Of a stretch of DNA of 64,000 bases, positions 1 to 13,183 are shown piece after piece. The DNA comes from Eledone cirrhosa (Eukaryota), in assembly GCA_964016885.1 (NCBI GenBank), contig OZ024741.1, forward strand, positions 300,018,001-300,082,000, read 5' to 3'. The number at the start of each line of letters is the position of its first letter. Position 1 is the stretch's first letter. The notes under the pieces are model-generated. The model made no database searches, was not told the origin of the DNA, and saw only the letters and a list, made by a program, of their open reading frames with translations. Made by a program: the position numbers and the translations under genes.

Positions 1-888
1 AATTCAAAAAACTCAAAAGTTTAGACCGTAGAAAAAATAATAATAAACTCCTACACCGTATATATTAGCTGTATTTCTAAGGCAATGGACGGGAGGCTAT
101 TCTACCACTTCATCTATGAGATCAGAAATCCAATAGTAAATTCCTACACCGTGTATATTAGCCAGTATATTAGCCAGAGTAACAATAACATTCGTGTATA
201 TACAAATAAATATTATCAGACCTATAAGGAGTTATGCTATTAACAGATCTCCAAAACAGTCAAACTGATAATACGAAAGCCATTAAATCGTTATTAACCT
301 AGTGTAAGTTTATATGACTATAATCAACTGTATTAAAATTATTATGGGTTATGTTATAAACATAATTCTTAGCCTATAGGTTTAACGGCAGACAAACGGA
401 ATCCTAATATATAAGTATAGGTAGGTGGTCTATCCCCGCGGTTGGAGACATAGTCATTGCCGAATGGGAAGAGTGAGCAGTATACGTAAGGCATCCGACA
501 AGAAGGGTCATTGCATGGGGCTAGATACTCTCATAGGAATTATCTTGGATCAAGCTGGATGGGACTGGTTAATTCATTACCTCACTAATACAATACTTTC
601 CATTATCCAGGAGTTACGCCCATTAGGATACAATAGTATTCATCAGTGAACAAATGCTCGATTAATTGAAGATAGAATTCCCTCCATACAAAGGGAGCAT
701 AGATGGGTTGAAGGATTAAGGAGTCAAAGATTTGAAGGATTACTACGGAGTTATAAGAGAGGAGTGAGTGATACCCAGCCTATCTAGTTAACTGGCTTAA
801 AGTAGTAGAAGGAACTAAGGATCATGTGTGGACAAGAATAACATATTTCAGTTTTCCTATTGAGTAGGTTGCCTCTAGAGTATATTAT
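1..888 (-). mobile_element. 3' end and pLTR remnant of a Hydra-type Penelope-like element (runs off the window)
   Basis: Minus-strand 888->784 translates IIYSRGNLLNRKTEICYSCPHMILSSFYYFKPVN*, similar to the C-terminus ILYAKHHILNKRSEAISACNHK of the element at 22870-25720. The 5' junction is at a (TA)n tract; a short repeat cctacaccgt(a/g)tatattagc occurs at ~50 and ~143. Confidence 0.55.
581..650 (-). ncRNA. Degenerate hammerhead-like motif
   Basis: Minus strand: ttca-CTGATGA-...tatcc/ggata...-GAAA-gtattgtat-TA-gtgag. Stem I register is off by 1 nt and the base of stem II is imperfect. Confidence 0.3.
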
Positions 889-902
889 ATATATATATAT
901 AT

Positions 903-1160
903 ATATGAATAAAAATAGACCGAGAAACAGGAAAAGTCCGTCATCAGTAGTCTGCTGATTCTCATTGGTATTTCTTCGAATTAAAGACTAGATACCTAAA
1001 CTCAGTGCGAGCGATAACTAAATTAAGTTATCGGGAGAGAGGAAAGTGAACAAACAAAAATACGAACCACAGCGAAGGGAAAAATATATGCGAATGAAAA
1101 ATGGCATGCTGCGTTGTTGCGAATATGAACATATGAATAAAAATAGACCGAGAAAATATA
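903..1160 (-). repeat. Microsatellite-flanked ~228-bp-unit repeat, related to 39562-39690
   Basis: atatgaataaaaatagaccgagaaa at 903 and 1131. Shares tgaaaaatgg...gctg.gttgttgc.aatatga and tcatcagt.gtct with 39562-39690. Confidence 0.5.
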
Positions 1161-1221
1161 TACATATTGATGATTTCTAAAGAATGAAACAGTTCTAGTC
1201 CTATAGAATCTCATCTATATT

Positions 1222-1224
<3 letters not shown>

Positions 1225-1273
<49 letters not shown>

Positions 1274-1314
1274 TATATAAATATATATATATATATATAA
1301 ATATTTATATATAT

Positions 1315-1357
<43 letters not shown>
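1225..1357. repeat. (TA)n microsatellite
   Basis: Direct inspection. Confidence 0.95.
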
Positions 1358-1361
<4 letters not shown>

Positions 1362-4300
1362 ATCTTATCATATCTGATGGGAAGTGCAATGAAAGTCTAC
1401 CTAGAAATAAATATCCGGGGCAGAAAACTGAATCAAACAATATGAGTTGAAGTCTAATGCTATTTCCATTAAATATGCAAAACCTGGTCTCATGTTGTCT
1501 TTATTATTAAATCGTACAGCATTAGTATTGTGGCATATACACGCAATTCCTAGTATTGATGAGTACCGTCCTAATATATCTTAAAGTCTATGCCAGAGAA
1601 TTGGCTGCAGAGGAACAAATCTGTAAAGTTGACATTTTGTGTAAGTATAATACCTGGTTTATCATTGTAAGTTAACTTTACTGGCGCATTTGCTCATCTA
1701 TTAAGGTACAGACTAACGTAACTATCTCTGTAGTCCATTAATGCATATGTTTATGTAAATATACACATTTGCGAATACGCATGCATCTCGTTATAATAAT
1801 GTTTCATAAATTATTTGTGCGAAGTGAACAAGATACATATCAGTTTAGTGCGCTATGTCTATAGAAAAAAGTTTTTTTTCTTTACTAATAGGAAAACCAC
1901 TTCAGTAACATATATTGTGGCATTATGTGGCTATAAAAAAATATTTTTTCATCCAAAATAAAAACAAAACATAATTGTTAATAATTCCAAATTTAATTTA
2001 TACAATTGCATAGGTTATAACATTCTGCTAATAAATTCGGCTGTTGTTTCGCACATACACATCGGTAATTTGTTTTGAAGAACAATTGGAGATTCGTTGA
2101 AACAAAATTGAATGATAACATGGAGTTGTTATTCTATTGTAATGGGATATTTTGGCTTCGTATCAAGTTTAATGCTTGGCGTATATCTTCAAATCCAATT
2201 TAACAACTCGAGGAATTCCATGAGTAAGCACGTATTTGTGAGATGGAAAGGATGCGAAGAAAAAGCTGATTATCATCGAAGTAAATAGGTTACTTCGACA
2301 TCTGAAAGCATGACATTAATGTTATCTAGTGGGGAAAATGCCAGTAGCTAGAATTGCCAAAATAAGAAAAAAAAATTATCACCTGTAAGTTCAAAAAGCA
2401 AGAGCTTTTAAAACCATTTAGACTTTTTGAGATATAATAAAGGATTATACAATGATATTTATTCATATAATATCTACAGTATGCATTACCAAACTATTAG
2501 TGCATTTGGATTGCACTAAACAAATGGAATTATTTAGATAAATATCTCAACAAAGGTCTTCTTAACATTAGAAACTACGTGGATTGAAGCTATAACAACT
2601 CTTTTATAGTAACAGCGGTGACTTATATTTTCTTCTTAAATTTCCAAACAAGACGCGAAGTCATATAATGTAAGAGACTATGAAGAAAGAATAAATTAAG
2701 AATTACGACGAATGGAATGAATTTACTTTAAAATGGAGAATTCATAAGTAGGTGGGAAACATTTAGATGGGAAAAGATTACGAAGTCTGGCAGTTCGACG
2801 AAAAACTCTAAGACTGAATAAAGACTTCCTTATTCGTGGAACACTATCTGGATGAAAATGAATTATATACTATATAATTTCACTCGAGGTAAAGGACGTA
2901 GAAATTAAGCAATCATCTATAAACAACATTTCAATGTTAACGGTTGTTTATTATGTGCAATCCACAGGCCTTATATACAAGTTTCAAAACTCTTGTCACA
3001 CGGCTACACAACCACAATCTGTTATGTTTAAACAGTATGCTGAAGAAAAAGATGATGTTTTTTTTTATTATGATGGTTCACATTAAAACATAATCAACAA
3101 TCAATTTCATGTGTAATACGATTATAACAATTCGGTGCTTTCTATCACGCTGGGTGATGTACATGCATTATAATACGAAACAATGCTAACACTTTTAATT
3201 ATTACCATATCTCATCATTCATTCATTTACTAATTAGAGGTTTAGGAAATTGATATGCTTTCTCATATATACAGGATTAATTATTAACTTAGCTTAATAT
3301 TAATGATAATTCCTTTTCAAATAACTACGTGTTTTAACCATACATTATCAGATTGTCTCAATTCCAAAAATAAAATAATTCAGAGCAGTTAAATATTTTA
3401 GAAATGTATGACAACATCGGTTGCTAAGTTAAGAAAGTCTTAACAAAATTTGTGAACATTTTTATTTGAGAATGAAATAGTATTTGCATACTGAACATCT
3501 ACGATAAATGTTAATTTCAACAGTTTAACCTAATATCTTTCTACAAGTTTTCCTGGAATTAATCTGCAACGCAGTTGACATTTTCGATTTTAATGCGCCC
3601 CCAATATCAAGCTAAATTATACAGGGAATATGATATGACCTCAAGAGATAATATAACCAGGTGTATTTAATTTCCAATTTACTACTGTTACTACGAAAAT
3701 GTCAATTGAAGATAGTTTCGGTTGATTTCGTGTTTCAATAACATGTATTGCATGATGAAAAATGATCTTGTGTGTGCTTTGCATATATGGATTAACATGT
3801 ATTTACACTGCAATCGGCTACTTATTAGTTATTTAATTGATATAGCGTCTCATATCTTGTCCACCTGACTTTCTCTAATAGAACAATAACCATTTAGAAA
3901 TAGATATAACATTTCTGCAGCTCTTTGATCAGTGATAGAATCTTTTTTTATTATATATTTCATAATATTAATTGACCTTTTAATCGGCTTATCGATTGAA
4001 ACAATTTATCGTCCTGTCTTACAATAACCGTTGCACTATGCTTCAAGATATGTGATTCGGATTAACACCAAAGGAGCGAAATTATTGAGTTAAATCAAAA
4101 TGGTTATAGTTAATGGCTGTTACCACTAAATGTCAGATATATATTCCCTTGTTAATGCAATGACATAATCTGAATCGTATATCGTGCTTTTATATGTAAC
4201 ATCATGGAAGCTAATCACTACTAAAGCAACATTATTTTATTTACTTTGCAGAACATAAAGAGTAATTGCCTTCTATACGTGTTACTATCACTGCAATCAA

Positions 4301-4846
4301 TGTCTCGATATTGAATTTTCAATATTCCCGTTAAATTATTAAATTTGCAATAGAGTAAAATCTATAAACACTCCTCATCGAAAGGGAAGCATTCAATGTC
4401 CCAGTGTTTGCATCATTGCTCGACACGGTGATTAATTTACTAAATATTATTTAAAAACGAACACATTTATATTGAAATATTCTATAGTAGTGTTTCGAAA
4501 TACTTCAGAAGAATTCATATATATAATTATATAACATTGTGATAAAGAAAGATATGCCTAAATAATAGTGAGAGTAAAAGCTTACCAATAATTAATTCGA
4601 TTCGGAAATAAAGTCTTGTGAAGAATAATGTACATATGTAGTAGTGTATCACAGAAAACAATGCGAATCTGTCAAGTATATTCCAATGTTGGGTAAATAT
4701 TTATGCCGAATCAGATTGTGTAAAAGGCAAATTGAGGATATAGTACCCTGTATAGTTTGCGATACGTTGTTTGTCTAGTACAGAAATATGTTTGCATAAA
4801 AATGCATTTGAATGTTTGTCGTGCCTTTACCAAACCCATTATTATT

Positions 4847-4941
4847 CGCCGAGGTTGACTTTGCCTTTCATCCTTACGGGGTCGATAAAATAAAGTACCA
4901 GTAATGCTGGCCTTGTGCCTAAAGTAGAAACAATTATTATT
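4847..4941 (+). mobile_element. 5'-truncated SINE (family A)
   Basis: cgccgaggttgactttgcctttcatccttacggggtcgataaaataaagtaccag...agtagaaacaattattatt, the same core as the full copies at 43547 and 55762. Confidence 0.85.
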
Positions 4942-6007
4942 AGAGCATATACTGTGATGAGTTTAATGTCGAAAATGGGCGATATGGGTTTATCTTAAGT
5001 ACATTTTTTTCTATTTCAAATAATCCGTTCTACTTACAGATAGATCACAAGCTATAGATGTGATCCTCGATACATTTTGGAGTTCTGAAATAGATTCGTT
5101 GACACTATGCGTTTTCTATATTTGACTTCAATTTTGGAGTTTGTTTTGTTGAATTGCTGAGGGTTTCTGTCATTTGTTTCTTGGACACATTGTAGATTTT
5201 TCCGTTTCTGGTATGGGTGTTCTATTTCATTTCTGTCGTAAACGTATACATAACTGGGTTGGAGGTCGTGGACTGGATTTCGGTAGTATTTTCGAGGAGT
5301 TGTCAACCATTTTTATTAAGGCAGAGATACGTGTATCATAGAACGAATACATTACAATTAGAATGATTAGAATTAGACTATTTATGTACGAATATATAGA
5401 AGGACTTGTAAATGACGAAGATGACCTTGGATACATTAGGGTTAATGTAAATATCTACTTTTATTGAAACATTAGAAGTAATTGATGTTCAAGATCTATT
5501 CAAAATCGACTAATTCTCTAGCTTCTAATTATATAGCTAATTCTATAGCGTCCAACCTTCAAACTAAGGTTTCGATGAAAGAAATGTATTACCTACTATA
5601 TATGTTCGTGCAAATGAAGTCAATTTGGTAAGATCTGCTGGTAACCCATTGACAACAAAATTTTAATAATGATCTTTCCGAATGACGATAATTCTTTTAA
5701 GTTCCATTATACGTACGTAGATAAGCCATCAGATAATTAGTGCGTAAGTTTTTTGATTTGCTTACCAATGACTATCTGAGAAATATCGAGTCAGTGCTAA
5801 ATGCTTTCTAGAACAATATTGAAGCTGAATTTCCGTGCAGCGAATAGCTTGCAATATATTCGATAAGCATATATTTTTGTTACAAATGCAGGAGAATGTC
5901 TAGGGTTAAGTGTTTCATGTACTTGTTAAGTAATTATCATGTCTAGCACAGCATGAATAATATTATTTCATTTCTCACTCTTAGTACGGCTGATACTCAA
6001 ATATAAA

Positions 6008-6283
6008 TATGTATACGTACATACATATATGTATACAGACGTATAGTAGTATGTCTATACATACATGCATACATATATATATGTACTTTCAAGCATTCAA
6101 TTAACTAACAGGAAGGTATACGGTGCTAATGACAGCTAAAAAGCTAGAAACTAGTTCATCGTTCCTTTGTCAGTGTTAAACAAAATGGCAACGATGGTTG
6201 CCGAACACTGTACGGCTAATAATTCGGGATGTTTGTTTACAAACAAACCGAGCATTATAATAAATGTTCGGTAAACCTATACG

Positions 6284-6315
<32 letters not shown>

Positions 6316-6380
6316 TGTATGTATGCATATACATACTACTATACGTCTGTATACATATATGTATGTACGTATACATACCT
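6008..6380 (+). mobile_element. ORF-less HHR-bearing module with inverted terminal microsatellite-like arms
   Basis: ~6010-6085 and ~6303-6378 are reverse complements (gtatacagacgtatagtagtatg / catactactatacgtctgtatac) and flank the HHR at 6110-6166. Confidence 0.6.
6110..6166 (+). ncRNA. Minimal type I hammerhead ribozyme (G5->A core mutation)
   Basis: aggaa-[ggtata bulge]-cggtg CTAATGA c-agct-aaaa-agct-a GAAA ctag TT^ catcg-ttcct. Stem I is 5+5 bp, stem II 4 bp, stem III 1 bp with palindromic CUAG loop; cleavage triplet GUU. Confidence 0.75.
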
Positions 6381-6427
6381 ATGTCTGTATATAGATATTT
6401 ATAAATACATACACACATATATATGAT

Positions 6428-6459
<32 letters not shown>

Positions 6460-6580
6460 TGGTAAACGGAATAGAAAATGCTGACAAATTGTTCACAGTT
6501 GAAAAATGGTTTAATTAGGAATAAAAGAGTATTAGTGATTGTATGGGTTAGTATTCAGTTGTGGTTTTAAGTTTTTAAGT

Positions 6581-6616
6581 TTTTACCGGTTGCGCATTTC
6601 TAAATGCTTTTCAAAA
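6581..6616 (-). ncRNA. Minimal HHR variant (UUGAAAA core, GCAA in place of GAAA)
   Basis: Mirror copy of 8786-8822. Confidence 0.5.
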
Positions 6617-6938
6617 ATAATTTTGAGATAGAGTGTCCGTGCTGTTTGCTCTGATCTGATTAGTTTTGGGAATTCTACCTGTTTTTATGTTAAAAAAATG
6701 GCTCCAGCGTTATTTTTGTGTTGCAAAAATGCTTGTGGTCAAAACAATTTTGATTGGTCGGTAGAGGTCATGTGAATGTAAAAAGTTGATTTTGCGCCAA
6801 GACTGTTTTTATGTTAAAATGTTAGAAAAGTGGCTCCAGCAAAAATTATGGTCAAAACAATTTTGATTGGTCGGTAGAGGTCATGTGGATAAAAAATTGG
6901 TTTTGCGCCAAGATTGAGAAATGACTCTTTCACAACAA

Positions 6939-7010
<72 letters not shown>

Positions 7011-7614
7011 TAGTAGTAGTAGTAAGGTGTTCGATGATGCGACAATAGCCACCAGCGATGTGTGTCAAATGGCTATTAAGATAAGTGTGTGTGTGTGTGT
7101 GTGTGCGTACATACACACAGCAGAGTCATTCGAAGGTCAAAAGATATTTTTCAGCTTTTGTCTTATACGGAGAAGTGCGTGTTTGTGTGTGTGTGTGTAT
7201 AAGTCTCTTTGTATGTTGATGTACGCGTGTGTATGTGTTTGTGTATATATGTGTGTGTGTGTGTGTGTGCGTGTGTGGGTGGACCAGTATTTTTTTCCCC
7301 CCTGGTAAAATGGTGTACATTATTCGATTTTTTCAGTAAAATCGGTTCTCTTAATAGAACATCAACAATCTTAACAATAAAAGGTGTGAAATGATATTCA
7401 CTATATATATATACACACACACACACACATATATATATTTTCACTACATATATATATATATATATACATATATACATACATATATATGCACATATATTTT
7501 TTTGTATTGCACCATAGAGCATGTGTGTTTACGTGTGTCATTGTGTTTATATGTGGGTAGAGATGTGTGCTGATGTAGGTATGTATGTTGACGTGTGTAT
7601 GTTGTGGGTTCGTC

Positions 7615-8225
7615 TTAGGGAGAAGTGTTTAGACGGGGTCCGGATTTGTTAATGAAGTAAAATTCCTTGCTGATGCGCTGGGTGTGGGTGGCATTATCTT
7701 TAAATTTGTAGAGGGGAAAGATTCTGAAGTTGGGATGATTTTGGGCGGCGCAGGTATCAATGTGTTCCTCAGTGGTATTTTCCTGTATTCCCGTATTTTA
7801 ATTTGGGATCTATGGACAGTCATGCGTTGGCGGAGGCTGTTTTTGGTCTGGCCTATGTATTGTTCTCGACAACCTGAACAAGTTAATACATATATTAAAT
7901 TTTCCGATGCACATGTGAAATTGTGTTTTACTATAAAACGTTGTCCATCTTTGAAATAGAATTCCGAACCCTCTATTAGGTTGATGCAAATGCCACAGTT
8001 GGGTCTATCGCATTTTTTTACTGTGGGTTTCGTTGTTGTGGTTGGCAGTACTTTGGCATGTGTTAAGATGTTTTTCATTGACTTGGATTGTCTTTTGCTC
8101 TTTATGATATCGTGTGTTCGTAGAATTTGGTTCATTCTATGGTCCTTTTTCAATACAGGGATGTTCTGGAGGATGGTGTCAAAGGCGTCGTTGTTGAGGG
8201 GGTTGTGTGTGGAGATGTATGGAAG
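7615..8225 (-). pseudogene. PLE C-terminal Cys linker plus GIY-YIG endonuclease fragment (one frameshift)
   Basis: LPYISTHNP...KKCDRPNCGIC...FTCASENLIYVLTCSGCREQYIGQTKNSLRQRMTVH, continuing after a frameshift as EHIDTC...FRIFPLYK...EFYFINKSGPRLN. Confidence 0.9.
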
Positions 8226-8372
8226 AGCTGAAAAATATCTTTTGACCTTCGAATGACTCTGCTGTGTGTATGTACGCACACACACACACACACACACACA
8301 CTTATCTTAATAGCCATTTGACACACATCGCTGGTGGCTATTGTCGCAGCATCGAACACCTTACTACTACTA

Positions 8373-8466
<94 letters not shown>

Positions 8467-8785
8467 TTGTTGTGAAAGAGTCATTTCTCAATCTTGGCGC
8501 AAAACCAATTTTTTATCCACATGACCTCTACCGACCAATCAAAATTGTTTTGACCATAATTTTTGCTGGAGCCACTTTTCTAACATTTTAACATAAAAAC
8601 AGTCTTGGCGCAAAATCAACTTTTTACATTCACATGACCTCTACCGACCAATCAAAATTGTTTTGACCACAAGCATTTTTGCAACACAAAAATAACGCTG
8701 GAGCCATTTTTTTTACATAAAAACAGGTAGAATTCCCAAAACTAATCAGATCAGAGCAAACAGCACGGACACTATCTCAAAATTA

Positions 8786-8822
8786 TTTTTGAAAAGCATT
8801 TAGAAATGCGCAACCGGTAAAA
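8786..8822 (+). ncRNA. Minimal HHR variant (UUGAAAA core, GCAA in place of GAAA)
   Basis: ttt TTGAAAA gcatt-taga-aatgc GCAA ccgg TA^ aaa. U3-A8 covariation, G10.1-C11.1 pair, palindromic CCGG loop III, weak stem I. Confidence 0.5.
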
Positions 8823-8979
8823 ACTTAAAAACTTAAAACCACAACTGAATACTAACCCATACAATCACTAATACTCTTTTATTCCTAATTAAACCATTTT
8901 TCAACTGTGAACAATTTGTCAGCATTTTCTATTCCGTTTACCAATATATAATAACTTGTGTGTTACACCTCTATTCTTT

Positions 8980-9042
<63 letters not shown>

Positions 9043-9498
9043 CAGGGCTGAATATGAAACCATACACAATATGTGTATTTAAAATAAATATACCTGTCTC
9101 GGTATGAATTTTCGAAAGCTGTGATCATGTATGTCACAGTATTCCATGAGATGGTGAGAATGCCAGATATTTATTTCTGGTTCATCTCCGCCATCAGTAA
9201 CATTTAGTCACTCACTACTGAAATATAATGGGCTAAACCATATAAGGCCTATGCAATATCGCATGGAAATGGATATTTGCTTATAATGTGAAAAGTACAT
9301 GTGAATAGAAATAGCATTAACAGAGTGTGGTGTACCATAGGAGTGTGTATCAAAGGATATACAATGTGGTTATGTCTAATAAATATACGTGAATCTCAAT
9401 ATACAATCTGAAAGTCATTATTATGCCTTAGCGGAACTGACTTGAACCACGGTATGTTAGTACCACTTCTATTATGTATACATTACATGTATGTATAC

Positions 9499-9578
<80 letters not shown>

Positions 9579-12500
9579 CTCAAAAGCTCACAGCCCGAAA
9601 ATTTGCCGTTTGGAATCTCCTAAAAAATAATGGCAAAGCAGATATATATGAAGGGTCGCTAAACTCTACCCCAATCATCCTCCTCAAAACACTCCAAATC
9701 AAACCCATCCCGAATGAACCAGACAATCAACAAAACCTTCAGCAAAAGATGGCCTTAGAAAGGCGTAAAATAGAAATAGGACTGTTGCGGTTAAGAGCCA
9801 ATTCCATCAAAAAAAGAATTCAAGTCACTTGACCAACATATGGAAACAGAAATCTCAAGGCACTCTGAAGGCCTACTCTATGAAAAAAACCTTTAAACTT
9901 AGGAAAGAAAATTGTGAGGATGAATAACTAACATCCCTCCAGCGATGGGAAAAAAACGCCACCTGGTTCAACAACTACGAAATGGATTTCAAAAATAAAC
10001 ACCATACAGGTAAGTCATTTTTAAAATAAACTAAAACTCACACAACGCACTCACAACAAATAACCCAAAAAGTAACAAAACGTCCAACATACCCCAGCAA
10101 AATTATGACGATAATCCCAGAGCCCGTAGTAGACAAAACTAGAACCCTACTAAAAAAAAAACGAATGTAATGTCCCCCAACACATGACAGGACCCAATCC
10201 GCAGATGACAACCCACACAAAACCTGTTCCAATACGTAGACCCAACCCACACAGAACCTGTTCAAAAATAGTAGATCCCAATCCACACAAAGGAACTAAG
10301 TTTACAACACGGACCATCAACAAGCCGAACCTCATTACGTCCGAAAATTCTATACAAGACCTCACAACAACAGGAGAAATGCTATTAGATATAATAATAC
10401 CCATGAACAAACATTTCAGAAAAATCATTTTTAGACGAAGGCCCTATGACCCCTGACACCCGGTGTCACTAACCGATTTTGAAAAAAAGAAAATAATCAA
10501 CCTTTCAAAACCGAACTTCTCAGCCCAACAAATTAAAATTCTTTCCAAAAGACTGAAATTCACACCAACACCACAATACTCTAACCTCTATGAGATAAAT
10601 GACGATATCTCACACTTCTGTAGAAAATTACGTCTAACAGAGGAATTCTTTGACAGGGAGAATAACGATCAATAAATTGTACGGAATAAAAGCAACAAAA
10701 CCCCTACCAAGGACAGGAACATGTTCTGGATGAATTTTGTGACCACAAGCAACTTTCCCATACCATGAACTACCGCAACGTAAACCCAAACCCAACACGA
10801 ATCGAAGGGAATGGGAGATTATCCATGATAAACAATACTAAAAACAATACTGACATTGTAATTAGGGAAGTACTGCCGTCATTATGGATGCTGAACAGTA
10901 TCAAAATGCTATGTTCTCTCTCTTACAAGACACTAACTACTATGAAAGAGTAAAAAACTACCAGCTATCAAAAACTATGACCAGATTAAACACATTCATT
11001 TGTCGATACCAGGATGACTTAACTAAAAAGGAACGCGATTAGTTTACACATTTTGAATAAAAACAAGGAACCTTTCAAGACTTCCGAAGATCCACAACTG
11101 TAAAATAATTAACGATGCCTGTAAGGAATCCACCTCAACCTGCGTGAACACACAACACCCCACCGATATGAAATTAAGACCAATTGTAGCGGGCCCACAA
11201 TGTGTAACACACAGACTAAGTAACTTTATAGACATACTACTAAAACCAATTCTCAAACACATATCAAGCCTTGTAAGAGACATCCTGGACCTCTTATCCA
11301 CCTCCCCAAACATCTCAACAACGACACTATTATTGTGTCTTTCAATGTTGTGAATGTCTACACAACGACCCCACACCAATACTGACTAGATGCAATAGGA
11401 TTCTGGCTAGAGAAATATCTCAATGACAATATAAAAAAGCTTCATCACCGAGGGATTACAATTTATATTACAGAACATTTTTTTTATTTCGATAGCAGCA
11501 CTTACAAGCAAATATCGGGGACTGCGATGGGTACAACATTCGCTCCAACTTATGCTAACTTAGTTATGGCATACTTGGAAGTCCAGATATATGAACACTC
11601 CAAATCAAAATACGGATTGAACTTCCCGAAATATTTATCAGAGAATTGGAAACGCTACTTGGATGATTTCCTTATTCTTTGGTCTCACACACTCGACCGA
11701 CTAAATGATATCAACAATTTAATTAACGGCATCAATAACAACATCCAATTCACAATGGAATACAGCCAAACTGAGATACACTTCAAACCAACAGATTCCA
11801 AACAATACCTGATATTCACCTCCAACCATCGAAGAAGAACATCCCTTTTAACCTAGCAAGAATAATTTGTACAATTGTCTTCAATTATAAAACACAAAAT
11901 AAAAGACTTCAACAATTAAAGGAAATTCTGCTCGAAAGAAAGTACCCACAATTACTAATAAATAATGGAATAGAAAGGGCTAAAGCATTAGGCATTGATG
12001 AATTACGAAAACAGAAACAAATTCAAGGTACGTCCAATATTCTATCATATATCTCAACACACAACTCAAGAAATGCGGAAGCATACACCATTATTCACAG
12101 GAATGCTCCAATATTGAAACAAGACCCAAAAATGATAAAAGCCCTTGAAACACAAAATAATCAAAAGTAAAAGACAACAGAAATCAGTAAAAAGATTACT
12201 CACCAATGCTAAATTACCTATACAAACCCACAACCAACTGTCAAAAAATGTGGTCACTCTAATTGTGAAACTCGTACTCACCCCATTGAAGGCACCATGT
12301 ATACATTTCAAACAGGACAACATGTTATTGTAAGAAAATCTCTTCAGTTGCTCATCAAAAAATTTACTTTATGCCATTACATGTAAAGGATGCAATGGAG
12401 ATTATATAGGGCAAACTAAACTCACACTCAGAAACTGAATGACAATTCATCGCCAACAATTACGAGACACTACCACAAAACAGACACTATACAGTGCACA

Positions 12501-12965
12501 TCTAGACATATGCGCAAGCGATAAGACACCCAAATTCCAAGTTTTCCCACTTTATGTTTGCGCTGACAATACAACAGAACAAATACAAATAAAATAGGAA
12601 AATATGTTTATTGAAAAATATAGACCAGCATTAAATATAGTTTAATATACACCATAACAGGCTAACCATCCAAACAGACACATACATACACATAACACCT
12701 TCTATATTCGAAAATATAAACCAGAGCTAAATAAACCTTAACATACGTTAATACTCTAACACCTTAACATGCTAAACTTACCCCCCCACACACACATACA
12801 CACATATAACTCCCTCCCCCATTTCTACTAACGGAATCATTTTTCTACACACACACACACACACACACAAACACAAATATATATTCTCTCCATCTTAACA
12901 TGCTAACCATATTCCCTCCCACACACATATAAAACCCTCCCCATTTCTACTAATAGTCTCATTTT

Positions 12966-13010
<45 letters not shown>

Positions 13011-13183
13011 CAGCAGACAAATAAAAATATATATCTCTACTTTCTTTATTTCAAGAAAAAGTCTGAATTTTGACACCTCAGCCATACTTACTAGACCACA
13101 ACAATTCTCCCTATCCCTTTTTTCTTGACCATTATCTTTTGTTTGGCACAACAATCTCTAAATGGCTACAAAGAACTCCCAAA

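Larger units (their letters stand above)
6453..8950 (-). mobile_element. 5'-truncated Neptune-like PLE (family A) with a ~710-bp inverted pLTR upstream
   Basis: 6453-7156 and 8226-8950 are near-perfect inverted repeats. They enclose a minus-strand GIY-YIG fragment and 3'UTR, and both outer ends lie in TA repeats. Confidence 0.9.

Noticed and set aside
925-985. CTGATGA plus upstream GAAA on the minus strand (also at ~39630-39680) as a type II hammerhead
   Set aside because: No valid NUH triplet or consistent stem III in either copy.
1160-1206. TTGATGA-ttc/gaa-GAAAC..GTC motif
   Set aside because: U3 without A8 and no stem I; at best a dead relic.
2060-2870. Possible very old LINE 3' region
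   Set aside because: Only faint peptide hints; no motif could be read with confidence.
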